DNA of 63,124 bases, the filler included, from Octopus bimaculoides (taxonomy: Eukaryota), in assembly GCF_001194135.2 (NCBI RefSeq). It is 5 parts of 4 records of this genome, joined end to end, with 100 filler letters (N's around TTAATTAATTAA, not from the genome) between each part and the next. Parts side by side here need not be neighbours in the genome. Positions count along the whole stretch, not along the records: positions 17,829 to 48,306 come from NC_068982.1; positions 48,407 to 55,281 come from NC_068984.1; 3 more parts are not named here. The stretch is one strand, 5' to 3'. The notes beneath the pieces were generated by a model, which was given only the letters and a program-made list of their open reading frames with translations, searched no databases and was not told where the DNA came from. Made by a program: the position numbers and the translations under genes. Positions 37,251-49,600 of this stretch are shown in pieces; position 1 is the first letter of the stretch; the number at the start of each line of letters is the position of its first letter.

Positions 37251-39391
37251 AACAACAACCAAGATGAGGACAAATATCCGTCAAATCTAAATAATACTAA
37301 TTGTACCATGTTAATCGATGGTTTTCGTATTCCTCATAATTTAGAGAAGCGTAATGACTTCTCTTGAAGGGAATTCGATGCTGGGTTTATAGTATGATTC
37401 CTATGGATGATTTGAAAAATAGAGAATGAGTACAATTCATGACAAATTACTCGACAATATTATATCATTTTATTCCGTAATACACTTCCTTAAAACTTAT
37501 GCTTTCAGATACTGAATTCACATTTGAAAAATGTATCACTAAATTTTTCACTCGTCTCAAAACATTATTCTTCAAATTCTCTTTTATTCTATTTTGTTAA
37601 AAAATATATATAAGAACTAAAATATATATTCCACTGACTTAACAATAATCTAAATCACAGAACAATTTACAAGCAATATTTTAAATCTGTTTTATATGTT
37701 TATCATAACCCGTTTTTATATTCACAAATAAAATAAGAGAGAAAATTTCAGGTAGGACACGCATTTAAATACTGCACCTATTTCAATATATATTTACTGC
37801 TGATTCATCAAAATAACCACATTTGCAATTTTTTTCACTTGCTTTCTTTGTTTCAGCGATACAAAATGGAAAGTAATAATGCGATAAAGAAATATACTTT
37901 TAAAACATATAAATTATAAAAGTAAGTAAACATAATAGTAGAAGAAAAATAAGATAGAAGTAATATATTATTTTAGTCTTTCAATTCGATGAATAAATTC
38001 TTCAAAATTACAGAGATATTCATCAAAAGTTTATATATGTGTATATATTTGTGGATAGAGTGAATTGGAGGCAAAAATTCGAGCTGCGTTATATTATAAA
38101 TTATCAGCAGTTGCGTAATGCATTTCTGATTACATCAATGTGAATAACATATATCTCCATTTTCTTCACAACAGACATCAAAATACAATTTAATCCACGT
38201 CAAAACGTTGATGGAGAAAATATATGAATTTTTATTTTTATAGTTTGGGAGAAGAATGCCAATAAATAAAAATATAAATAACGTTATCAAAAATACCGTA
38301 TGTATCTCATTTGTGAATCAATGTTCTCAGTATAGTAGACTGAAGAGATGACATTTTTGAATGAAACACATATGCATAAAAGGTGGGTGTGTACGTTTAT
38401 GCGCACATTTGTGCCAGTGTATGTGTATAGTTGCATACATATATTATTCAGGAAACAACATCTGATAGATATATTTAAAGAAATATAAAATATAGATATG
38501 TACATTCAAACAAACATAAGATATAGATATACATATATTTAAACAAATANNNNNNNNNNNNNNNNNNNNNNNNNNNNNNNNNNNNNNNNNNNNNNNNNNN
38601 NNNNNNNNNNNNNNNNNNNNNNNNNNNNNNNNNNNNNNNNNNNNNNNNNNNNNNNNNNNNNNNNNNNNNNNNNNNNNNNNNNNNNNNNNNNNNNNNNNNN
38701 NNNNNNNNNNNNNNNNNNNNNNNNNNNNNNNNNNNNNNNNNNNNNNNNNNNNNNNNNNNNNNNNNNNNNNNNNNNNNNNNNNNNNNNNNNNNNNNNNNNN
38801 NNNNNNNNNNNNNNNNNNNNNNNNNNNNNNNNNNNNNNNNNNNNNNNNNNNNNNNNNNNNNNNNNNNNNNNNNNNNNNNNNNNNNNNNNNNNNNNNNNNN
38901 NNNNNNNNNNNNNNNNNNNNNNNNNNNNNNNNNNNNNNNNNNNNNNNNNNNNNNNNNNNNNNNNNNNNNNNNNNNNNNNNNNNNNNNNNNNNNNNNNNNN
39001 NNNNNNNNNNNNNNNNNNNNNNNNNNNNNNNNNNNNNNNNNNNNNNNNNNNNNNNNNNNNNNNNNNNNNNNNNNNNNNNNNNNNNNNNNNNNNNNNNNNN
39101 NNNNNNNNNNNNNNNNNNNNNNNNNNNNNNNNNNNNNNNNNNNNNNNNNNNNNNNNNNNNNNNNNNNNNNNNNNNNNNNNNNNNNNNNNNNNNNNNNNNN
39201 NNNNNNNNNNNNNNNNNNNNNNNNNNNNNNNNNNNNNNNNNNNNNNNNNNNNNNNNNNNNNNNNNNNNNNNNNNNNNNNNNNNNNNNNNNNNNNNNNNNN
39301 NNNNNNNNNNNNNNNNNNNNNNNNNNNNNNNNNNNNNNNNNNNNNNNNNNNNNNNNNNNNNNNNNNNNNNNNNNNNNNCACGTAAACACAT

Positions 39392-39435
<44 letters not shown>

Positions 39436-39647
39436 GTGTCGTATGCAGGAACTAACATGTTATACTTTTGTTTATCTTAACTTCTGCTTCATATATTCTG
39501 TAGAAGATATCTAGTTTGCTAAGTACCGTTCCAGACGAAACAATGTACTGGAATCTGACTGAGAATTGACATTTGAAATGGAGCTCTAACTCATATAGTA
39601 ATGATCGTACATCTAACTGTACACATAAGATTCACCATATATATATA

Positions 39648-40700
39648 CTAGCAAATGCACCCGTGCTTTGGACGGTGTAATTTATTATAATGGTGTACTC
39701 CTGTGGACGGTTTAAGTTGAATTAACCCGTAGTTAGAAGCTGTTTTATGTTGATAAGCGTAAAATGTATGATTACCCTTTTCGTTAACGGTTTATGATAT
39801 GGTATTAAGCAACTTAGGTAATATATGAATTTTTTTGAACACAAATTTGTCAGCTAGAAATAAATGAAAGTCTATGAAATGAGAGATTGCATTGCTGTAG
39901 GTATTAGGGATCCTATATGTTGCTTCAAACGTTTTGTATCATGTAAGGATTTTTCTTGTAATGCCTGATACAACGGAACTGAAGCTGTTTTTATTTTTTT
40001 TAATGTAAGCCATGTATGATCAAGAAAGCAAACATTTATAGTAAACACGCAAATAGAATAATGACAGGTACAAAAATAAATGTCAGAGCATATTTATAAG
40101 CGAACAGCGTGCACGAAGTAAGAAGGAAATGAAGCAAAATATCAGTAGTCTGATTGCTAAATGCTACAGTTTGGCGTAGATGTGAAGATTACAGTAGAGG
40201 TATAAAGGCTGTAGGGCTGCTTTGTAGACGGCATTTTTGATTTTACCTTCAGGAACATAGATGAATAAATTGTCTGGATGGCTAACTCTGGAACTGTCCA
40301 TGTGAAAGCACGACATTCGAAGGTCCAATCCGACAATTTTCAACGACTGACCTGGTGTTTTGTTAACTGTCATGGCAATGCTGAGTTTGAGAGGGAACTG
40401 AAGTCTCTGCATAGATTAGGGGAAGTCTATTGGGGTTAGCGGAATTTTCAGAATGAAAACGGTGTCGACTTTGCCGTGTCCAATGATAATTTGGGATTCA
40501 ATGACGTGGTCCATCATTTGTTAGACCACAATGCGAGTTTCATTGAATAGTGTGGCTGCGTTTAGATTGCGTAGGAGGTTGATAGAGCAACCGACTTTTA
40601 AGTGGAGTTTATGAGGAGGGGATACTGGAGGATCGTATTACCTTCTGGTCCAGTGTAGTCCGATTTTAACCTGGTGTTGGACCGATAGTGGAGTGCTTGA
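39648..40700 (-). mobile_element. Helitron 3' portion (PIF1-like helicase C-terminus and terminal hairpin-CTAG)
   Basis: PPHKLHLKVGCSINLLRNLN...MQRLQFPLKLSIAMTVNKTPGQSLKIVGLDLR...KNAVYKAAL (cf. QFPxxLAFAMTINKSQGQSL). The minus-strand terminus is caccgtccaaagcacgggtg-catttg-CTAG|T at 39648. Confidence 0.85.
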
Positions 40701-40714
40701 AATTTTATTGCATT

Positions 40715-41930
40715 GAATTACATTTTATATTTGTTAGCCCATTTGTATATTTCATTTAGGTCTTTCAGCAGATTTATGATGTCATCTGTGTTCCTAACTG
40801 CCTGCGATACTTTTGTGTAGTCAGCATAACTGGTCAGATTAGGTGCCTGTACTGCGGAGGGCATGTCTGAGAGGGCCACCACAAATAGTAGTGGCTCCAG
40901 TACATTTCTTTGTGGGACACCGCTGAGGATTGGTGTCTCTTCAGAATGAGCACCATTGGCTACAAATGTCTGACTCCTGCCCTTCATAAAATCATGCAGC
41001 CACTCTCCCAGTTTCCCAGTAATACCAAGGTTTCGCAGCTTGTGACATATCATGCCCTGATCAAACTTGTCGAAGGCCTTGCCAAAGTTGAGGTATATCA
41101 CATCTAGCGCTGACCGGTTTAGCTGTGATTTCAGTACCCAGCTAATATGCTGCAGCAGTTGTCTGATGCAGGTCTTCCCTACACGAAAGACATTTGTTTG
41201 TGAGAAGGTTGGTTTCTTCTAGGTACAAGATCAAACCTTTTCTGACAATGTACTCCATTGTCTTCCTAACGTATGTTCTACTCCCTCCTTTATGGAGAGG
41301 GCATGTTACACCCTCTTTTAGCACGTTGGGAAGTTTACGACATGCAAAGAAACACTGACAGAGTATTTGCAGGGGCTTTACAAGAGTATCTGTTGGAGTA
41401 TCTGTTTTTCATGTGACCTCCAGTTGGTCTTATAGGCTGGATAGGGTTTCAGCGCTATCTATGCGGAATTTATCTTTAGTTAATTCCGGGCCATACATTG
41501 TCAGTTCTATCATGTTATGGCTTGAGAATATTGTCGGTGATATATTTCCGTTGTGGATAATTTCCACGTTGTTTGTAAGGCAGAGATACAGAATATTTTT
41601 ATGTCTGATTGGAGAGTGTATTATCACCCTGAATACAATTTTCCTTAGATCAAGTAGAGATTTCGCTTGATTTCGCTCTTTGTGTGTCATTCTCAGAGTT
41701 ATGTGGGCCACAAGCCATCTGATATTGGGGAAGTTGAACTCAACAGCTGCATCTTGTATTGCATCTGCATATGGCTACCGACTGGCCTTCTATTCTGCAG
41801 GTTGGTGTTGGGAGAAATTTTTTTCCAACTGTTGTTGTTTCTTTCGTTGGGTATGTGATGGATTTTACTCCAGCGCTGTTTGCACAAAGCGGCAGTTCGT
41901 CCCACACTCTACATGCCAGCAGACACCGTT
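40715..41930 (-). mobile_element. CR1-group LINE internal fragment (end of APE, then RT)
   Basis: IYLNFGKAFDKFDQG...SGVPQRNVLEPLLF...YADYTK...DLNEIYKWA (degenerate GVPQG/YADD). The upstream TIFSSHNMI corresponds to the APE SDH motif. Confidence 0.85.
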
Positions 41931-41977
41931 TTAGTGGAACTTGCAGATAAAATTATGTATATTTTTTATGATGGCGT

Positions 41978-42170
41978 GCTGGCAGAAACGTTAACACACC
42001 GGGCGAAGTTCGACTGTTTTTACGTTCTGAGTTCAAATTCCACCGAGGTCGACTTTGCATTTCATCATTTCGGAGTCGATAAATTAAGTACAGGTTGCTC
42101 ACTGTGGTTGCTCTAATCGAGTGGCCCCCTCCCTCAAAATATTCGAGCCTTGTGCCTTGAGTAGAAAAGA
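41978..42170 (+). mobile_element. Family B SINE
   Basis: gctggcagaaacgttaacacaccgggcgaa...ctgagttcaaattccaccgaggtcgactttgcatttcatcatttcggagtcgataaattaagtac...gtagaaaaga. Confidence 0.85.
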
Positions 42171-42489
42171 AAATAAAAATATTGGGAACGTAGGTGAAAT
42201 GTACAAAATACAAAATCTGACTAAGATATTGTTAGAGAAACTAAGCATCTACATTCCAAAATTACGGTGGATACTGTAGTAGAAGATACTCTTTTCAGGA
42301 GAAATTGTTAGAAATCCAGATGAGAGCGTATGAAATTTAAGTATATTAGTTCCGGATAAATAAATTTGCAAAGGAATAGTAACAGAAAATATGAAAAGGC
42401 AAACGGATGCAATGTCGGTAAAATAGAAAATTTATTTGATTACCCTCCCCTATCCTTGAAGAAAAACAGTCACGGAAGATCAAATGCAT

Positions 42490-42590
42490 TCACGACAGAA
42501 TGCGTGTTGTGAACTGAAAGAATACTTGGAAGTTGATCAGGACCTTTTTGCGAAGGTTATCACTGGTGAAGAAAGCTGGTTCTACTGAAT
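42490..42590 (+). pseudogene. Short mariner transposase relic
   Basis: RQNACCELKEYLEVDQDLFAKVITGEESWFY resembles the ITGDESWxY first catalytic Asp motif. Confidence 0.6.
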
Positions 42591-43170
42591 TTGAAGATGT
42601 GCAAAAGATGAAGAAAAGAAAAATTGGAGGCGTTAATATGCATCACTTCGAAAGAGTTCCAGCAAGGCTTCGAATAGTGGAAATGTGTAAACATGTAAAA
42701 CTAAGTGAATAAAATGACCTGGAGAGAAGGCTAGAAACGTATACGGTAACATACACATGGAGGATCCTGGATACGGTAATATACACATGGAGGATCCTAC
42801 TTCACAGCTTTGGGATTTAAAAGCCATACCAATAAAAGAACTGGATGGTACTGCATAATACCTAAGATACCGTATTATTCATGCCAGAAAAGAACCCAAT
42901 ATTGCAACAGCTTGGGTTTCAGGGAACCACTACTATTTAATATCCTGCCAAGGTACCAAAGAGTTTTGCAAAGTGTAGATGTGGAAAGGTTCAAAAAGCA
43001 CGTGGAAAAATTTCTAACCGAAATCCCAGACGAGCTTACATGGCGATAAGATGGACGAAGTAGAGCGGTTTACGTCCAACTCGCTCCTTCGCCAAAAGCA
43101 GTACGGAAAGAACATCCCAAAACACTTAAACGCAGTGCTCCAGCATGGCTCCTGCCTCAGGCTAAACCCG
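42590..43170 (+). mobile_element. CR1-group LINE 3' end with a 30-bp internal tandem duplication (42741-42798)
   Basis: LERR..RYTVTYTWRIL...RTGWYCIIPK...YCNSLGFREPLLFNILP...VERFKKHVEKFLTEIPDE, then the 3' UTR gcagtgctccagcatggc. Confidence 0.75.
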
Positions 43171-44589
43171 TAATGAGATGACAGAATGAAAGCATATACC
43201 TTGGCCCCTATTACTGTTCAATGCGTAGTTTCGAAAGCAAAGCAAACGATGGCCTATGTGAATGTATATAGTGTATATGTTATATACAGACACATACCTT
43301 CGCACGCGTGTGTGTATGTATTCACTAATTCGAATATACTGGCTTTCTGAATCGAATTGGTATAGGACAAATATGCATTGTAGTAAACTAGAATATACAT
43401 GAAATTTGTACGAGTGTTTGCTATTGAACATCATGTTTAATCTTTCTTTGTTCCGCTTTCTCCTATAAGAATGATCAAACTGATAAATCAGCCCATCAGA
43501 TATAAAGAAGAAATAAACCATAACATGATCACGTGCTAATGCAAAAATTTACCATAGGCAAGTATCTGTATTCTTTGATATATTTTGTTAGTGCTGCAGT
43601 AGGAATTTTCTGAAGTTGTTTTCGTATTGAAAAACTACTTGTTATCAATAAAAAGAGGAAAAAAAACTTCGAGTGTGAGGAAATCATTGTTCCAGAGATG
43701 AATGCCATATATCCAGAAGATAGGGTATAAAGGATATAAGTATTTGATTTGTTGCATAATTATGAGGTGAAACAGAAGGAAATGAAACGTAAATCTGCAA
43801 CTGAACACAAAAGCTAGGTCACGAGTAGAAACAAAATAACATGTTTACAATATCGGTGAAAATATCGAAGCATTGCTGTTGTAATATGTTAGTATAGTTC
43901 GGGATTTCTGCAATGATAAGTAACGAACTGGAATGGAAAACAGATAAACGTAGTAGAAATACGTTAGCTATATACAATGGTTTGCATCAGCTAAACAGAA
44001 TCTATAGATTATTTTTCATAGGAAATTTAGAACCAGAGGCTATTTAGTGTAAATATGCATCATATTTTCTAAAAATAAAACTGAAAATTGTCAGAAAATT
44101 CAAAACGAAATAACATGTAGAAGAATATGAATTTCCTATACAACAGTTATGCCAGTTATGAAGCTTTTACGTTAAGTTTATGTAACATTTTTCTATACAA
44201 TCTACAATTTTTTCAGTGGAATTCATAATTATGGCTTTCGTTAAAGATATTCACCCATTACCTACCAGCGATCTCATATGAGTTCACTTAGAAATTAAAA
44301 ATTTCGTAATTATCTGTTAATAATTACACATATGTAACCTTTTTGCTATGTCTACTAGGTATATTTCTCTGATATTCAAATGAGGTTTGCTAATTTTACA
44401 CCCAATATCTCGCTTATTTCTATTTAAAATGTTATTTTGAAATGTTATTTTGATCATTCCAGCGTGTTTCTAAGGCTGTTTTATGCTAGAAATCAAAGTT
44501 TCATAAAATAATTCCAGTTAAGAGAATTATGGGAGGTAATAGGTTAAAATTGATTGTCATGTTGGATATAATTGCTTTTTATATCCTGT

Positions 44590-45110
44590 GGATGGTCTTT
44601 GGAGAGAATACATTTAGACTGCTGCTCCCATTTATGGTCAACACACAATAAACAATTGACGACAGAATTCGAAGCAAAAAAACGAGGCTACACAAAGAAA
44701 AGCGTCTCAATGCAAATTATCAGCTACCGGGAAATATTGCAAGAAAACTCTTCTCCCTTCACGAAGGCGGACAAGATATGTAGTGATATACATCTGGAAA
44801 GTCCTGGAAGGCCTTGTGCCAAATTTTGGCATTGAAAGTTATAAAAACAGCAGAATGGAGTTGCCACAGCTTAGTATTCAAAAGCCTACTATTCTTCAAT
44901 ATGTTTCCAAAAGGCCAGAGAAACCGCCATGGTCTGGATGTAGGTGTCTTCAAAACATAATTGGATCCCCTCCTCTCAAGGTTTCCAGACAAGTTTAACC
45001 CACAGCAGGAAACAGACCTAGGAGGTTTCATATAATGGTGTAGCACAGTCATCGGTGGTGCCCCAGCATGACCGCAGCTTTGAAACTGAAACATTTGAAA
45101 GATTTAAAGA
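44590..45110 (+). mobile_element. CR1-group LINE 3' end
   Basis: LDCCSHLWS...FEAKKRGYTKK...IYIWKVLEGLVPNFGIESYKNSR, ending ggtggtgccccagcatgaccgcagctttgaaactgaaaca followed by short tttgaaaga/tttaaaga repeats. Confidence 0.8.
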
Positions 45111-45122
45111 TTTCTATAAAAT

Positions 45123-45165
<43 letters not shown>

Positions 45166-45419
45166 NNNNNNNNNNNNNNNNNNNNNNNNNNNNNNNNNNN
45201 NNNNNNNNNNNNNNNNNNNNNNNNNNNNNNNNNNNNNNNNNNNNNNNNNNNNNNNNNNNNNNNNNNNNNNNNNNNNNNNNNNNNNNNNNNNNNNNNNNNN
45301 NNNNNNNNNNNNNNNNNNNNNNNNNNNTGTGGCCCTGTTGAAACACCGCCGTTTTGCTACACTGTTATTACTGACGCCCTCCTCTAATATGTGGCACTTG
45401 GTAAAGAATGGAAGTTGCT

Positions 45420-45610
45420 TTTAGGTACGTTCATCTGGGACACTCAACAGGAAGTGGTCCAGTTTTGATTTGAAAACACTTACATCCACTTTGTGTAGGT
45501 CTCTCAGGCTAGTTGTGAGAATATTAAAATGCTCTGGGCCCTTGAAACTCAGGCTGTTGCAGTAACTGCTCATGAAATGCGATGGCATTGCTGGGACATT
45601 TGGCACTAAT
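45420..45610 (-). pseudogene. CR1-group LINE RT C-terminal fragment
   Basis: YCNSLSFKGPEHFNILTTSLRDLHKVDVSVFKSKLDHFLLSVPDE, homologous to the 42810-43049 translation. Confidence 0.75.
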
Positions 45611-45626
45611 AAATGTCTGAGCGATC

Positions 45627-46200
45627 TATAAAGAGTAGCTGCACGACATCGTGAAGTATAATTTCCCCTTAAATGTAGGTAACGCTTAGGGGTGGATGTT
45701 ACTGTAGATTGTAGCCCCTGGAAGACACCTCTTCCAGCTGGCTATTGACACACTTTCTGTGCCCTATTACCCTTGAGCGTTAGCCTCATTTAAGTGGTAA
45801 ATATACTTCACGATATCATGCAGCTACTGTTTATACCTCGCTCAGAGATTCATTATTGCTTGTTTACACTTTTTTGGAGATCAGTGAGTTTTCATCACTG
45901 GAAATAGTACATATATATATGTATTTGCATTGAGATCCACTTCACATCGATAAACGGTGATTGTCACATGCTGATGACGGGTCAATACCCAGAAACTCGG
46001 GTCCGTGTGTATCACTTCAGCTTGGTAATAGGAAGGATGGCTTCCCTTTGCAAATACTGATAGGGCACAGAAAGTGTGTCAAAAGCCAGCTGGAGGAGAT
46101 GTCTTCTTGGGGCTACAAGCTACAGTAGCATTGGCCCTTAAGTGTTAGCCACATTTAGGTGGCAAATATACTTCACGATGTCGTGCAGCTACTGTTTATA
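45627..46200. mobile_element. Non-autonomous foldback DNA element with about 140-bp TIRs and an extra internal terminal copy
   Basis: 45627-45767 is the reverse complement of 46060-46200 (tataaaxagtagctgcacgacatcgtgaagtata ... gacacactttctgtgccctat). 45770-45835 repeats the outer about 65 bp of the right TIR. TA at both flanks. Confidence 0.8.
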
Positions 46201-46675
46201 TAAATCATCTAATAAATTGATATTTAAATAATAAGAATTAAAAAAATATTAAATTATTTCTTTGTAATTTTCTTTTCCTCCATCTATTGTGGTAAAATTT
46301 GGTATGTACTCAAAATATTCAAAGACGTTTTATCCTTTTGTTATAATATCATTCTTAATAATCTTCTTGATTACCTTAAATTTTACCTTTATACAATAAG
46401 ACAATATTGTTTGAAATGATCTTTATAAATTACTTGATTTATCCCTTTCTTAAATGGCTCTAAATGACCCTTCTAAACAAGTACCACTAAGAAACTATAA
46501 ATTTCATGTAGGGAGTAACAATAATGACTTCTTAAACATATAAAATAGCCTTTAGTTTTTTTTTTAAGCTCTATTGTGAGAAAATTTTGTTATATACTCA
46601 AAATTATTCAAAAATTTCTATCTTTTTGTTATAATATTCTTTTTAATAATCCTCTGAATAACCCTAAACTTTAAC

Positions 46676-46815
46676 TGGCAGAAACGTTGGCACGCTGGTC
46701 GAAATTCTTAGCGGTATTTCGTCTGTCTGCAGGCTCTGAACTCAAATTCAGCTGAGGTCGACTTTTTCTTTCATCCTATCCGAGTCAATAAATTAACTAC
46801 CAGTCGCTTATTGTG
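46676..46815 (+). mobile_element. Family B SINE, 3'-truncated
   Basis: ctggcagaaacgttggcacgctggtcgaaattcttagcggtatttcg...gaggtcgactttttctttcatcctatccgagtcaataaattaactaccag. Confidence 0.8.
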
Positions 46816-47524
46816 TTTCATAACATAGAAACGTAAAAACACATACGACCACACATACGTGATCTGTGACAACATACACATAAACACGTACACAATTCAA
46901 CATTATAGATATAAGATTTAGTTTCTGTGTTTCTTATATAAACACGTGCACGCATTGCTATTTTATAACTGTCTTCCGTTATCTCTTTCTCTCTCTTCAT
47001 TGCTACCATCTCTATTCCTTTCTCACCCCTCTCTCTCTCTTCCTCTCTCCCTCTTCTCTCTCAAAAACATTCACTACAATATAACTCATGTTCGTCAATG
47101 TTTCGTAAATATACCACGATTTTCTTTAGGGTGTTAGTGTTAGGGTTTATGTATCTCTCTCTCTCTCTCTATCTATCTATCTCTCTCTCTCTTTCTCTCT
47201 CTCTCTCTTTCTCTCTCTCCCTCTATTTCACTCTCTCTTTCTCTCTCTCTCTCTCACTTTCTCTCTCTCTCTCTCACCCCCTCTTTTACTCTTACTCTCT
47301 AAATTATATGTTGAGCGCATAATTACTGCACTGGAAAGTTCACATCGAAAAAATTCCATTGATGTAAACATTTTCAAATTCCGTTTACTTTGTGTGATTT
47401 AAGGAAGATTTGGTTGTTATTTCTAGCAACTTTTATATTTCTTCCCTTCTACCTGTACACACAATCATTGACTACAATATAACTCATGTTCATCAATGTT
47501 TGGTAAATATACCACAATTTTCAC

Positions 47525-47681
47525 TAGGGTGTTAGGGTTAGGGTTTTAGGGTTAGGGTTAGGGTTTAAGGTTAGGATTACGGTTAGTGTTACGGTTTTAG
47601 GGTTACGGTTAGGGTTTTAAGGTTACGGTTAGGGTTTAGGGTTAGTGTTAGGGTTAGGTTTAGGGTTTTAGGGTTAGGGTT
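47525..47681 (+). repeat. Degenerate interstitial (TTAGGG)n-like array
   Basis: ttagggttagggttttagggttagggttagggtttaagg... with TTACGG, TTAGTG and TTTTAGGG variants. Confidence 0.9.
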
Positions 47682-48406
47682 GGGTAATTGTGCGGGTGTT
47701 AATCTGAAAAATTACAGAAATGTGAAAATTACCGACCCTGCCATCTATTATAACTTTTGTTGTTCTGTTNNNNNNNNNNCCCTGCCATCTATTATATCTT
47801 TTGTTGTTCTGTTTAATACATACACAGATTATGCCTCCAAACAAGAGAGTTTGCTGGGGAAAGAAACAACCAGTTTAAAATGACAACAACAGGCTGCAGC
47901 AATTCACCACATTCCAGAAGCTACTATGAACATAATACAAAGTGGTGCATCAACATATTCTACCTAATCTGATAGAATTCTGGCAAAATTGTGTAGCAAC
48001 ATATCGCCAGCAATTGCTTCATCAGAAATTTCCGTCCTAGCTCCTGCGAAAAGGGATTACCCTGCTATGTATAATCAGGGCAGCGAAAAAGTTGTTTTGC
48101 ACAAGCATTTCTATAGCCAATTAGACGGATGAAATTTACGTACGCTTAATAATGTTACGCAAAACAGCCTTCAGACTTTCCCTATTAATTTTATCGTCTT
48201 TTGAATTATGAACATATTTACATCATAAGGGTTTTTTTTCTTTTTAGTTGATTTTCACCTAGCAAGACTTATCGTAGATGGCGTAATAAGTCAGACCCGG
48301 ACAAGGNNNNNNNNNNNNNNNNNNNNNNNNNNNNNNNNNNNNNNNNNNNNTTAATTAATTAANNNNNNNNNNNNNNNNNNNNNNNNNNNNNNNNNNNNNN
48401 NNNNNN

Positions 48407-48459
<53 letters not shown>

Positions 48460-48467
48460 GATGTATA

Positions 48468-49600
48468 TGTCAGGTCACCTCATAAGTAATGTCCGGATTT
48501 TAAATAAGGGAAACAAGTGATCAAATCTTATATTTTCATGAAACTTAATTGTCAATATTGTTTCCAAGATTATCTATGACATTTTTCCTTCTACTCATAA
48601 GCTTTTTAATCCCATTAGTAAAAAACACATTTGGTGTTTGCCAGTTTTTACTTCCTCCATTATTTCGAGAGTCAATCAATCTAAATGATTTTGTAAACTA
48701 TGGAACAAATGGTAATAGCAAGGTCTGGGGATTAAGACAGATGAGCAATTTTCTCCCAGCCAAGTTCCTCAATTTTCTGTGATGTGATCTTTGCAGTGTG
48801 GAGTCTTGCAATATCTTGATGAAACACTACTGACCTTTTTTTCCTTCAAAGTAGTGTTCAAATGCCCTAATTGCTGACAGTTGATTCGAGCACTGATTGT
48901 TGCATTAGTTGGTAGCAACTCAAAGTGGATGACTCCTTTGCAATTCCACCAAAGAGAGAGAAGAACCTTCTTTGCATATAGTTCCCCTTTTGGTTGTGGT
49001 TGAGTTTTTTCCCCTTCACCAAGCCAATATCTATGATGCTTAACATTTTGATAAAAACCCATTTTATATTACCAGTCACCAGTCTGTCCGAAAAGGATGA
49101 AATGAGTTTATGAGAATGAAGAGCAGATATCCACTCAGGATTTGCAGTTGGCTTCAGACAAATTATGAGGCACCCATTTTCCAAGTTTTGGGACCTTTCT
49201 AAGCTGATGAAGATAGTGGTGAACAGTTGTATCATTTAAATGAAGCTTGCTTACTAATTCTTCAACTGAAACTGCACGATCCTTTTCAAGTTCTGCCAAA
49301 AGGAGCTTATCATCAAACTCAATTAGATGTCCTGTTCGGGCAACATCTTCAAGATTGAAATCTCCACTTCTGAATTTTACAAACCATCTTCTGCAAGTTC
49401 TTTCATTCAGGCATTCTTCTCCATAAGCTGAGTGAATATTTCAAGTCGCCTCAGCTGCAGAATTCCCTTTTTTTTTTAACTCATAAAGCATTATGTACCT
49501 CAAATTCTCCTTAGACACTTCAATGTTTGGAAGAGTTATAATTAGTAAGATTTCAGTTAGATTATCCTGCAAAATGAAATATAATTAGTTTAAATATGTA
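48468..49600 (-). mobile_element. Decayed mariner transposon
   Basis: N-terminus RYIMLYELKK.GNSAAEA...NERTCRRWF..FRSGDFNLED; RLVTGNIKW; PKGELYAKKVLLSLWWNCKGVIHFELLP; SPDL..YHLFHSLQNHL. TIR-like tgtcaggtcacctcataagtaatgtccgg follows a TA. Confidence 0.88.

Noticed and set aside
43470-43730. Strong-looking acceptor at 43469 with a GC donor near 43558, and a short open frame at 43603-43701
   Set aside because: All frames of the putative exon close early, and the implied 34-nt intron is too short. No coherent coding model.
47525-47681. A true telomere or chromosome-fusion site
   Set aside because: The array is short, degenerate, single-orientation and embedded in a structured dispersed-repeat context.
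47736-47813. About 34-bp direct repeat
   Set aside because: It also straddles a 10-N gap; a likely assembly overlap.
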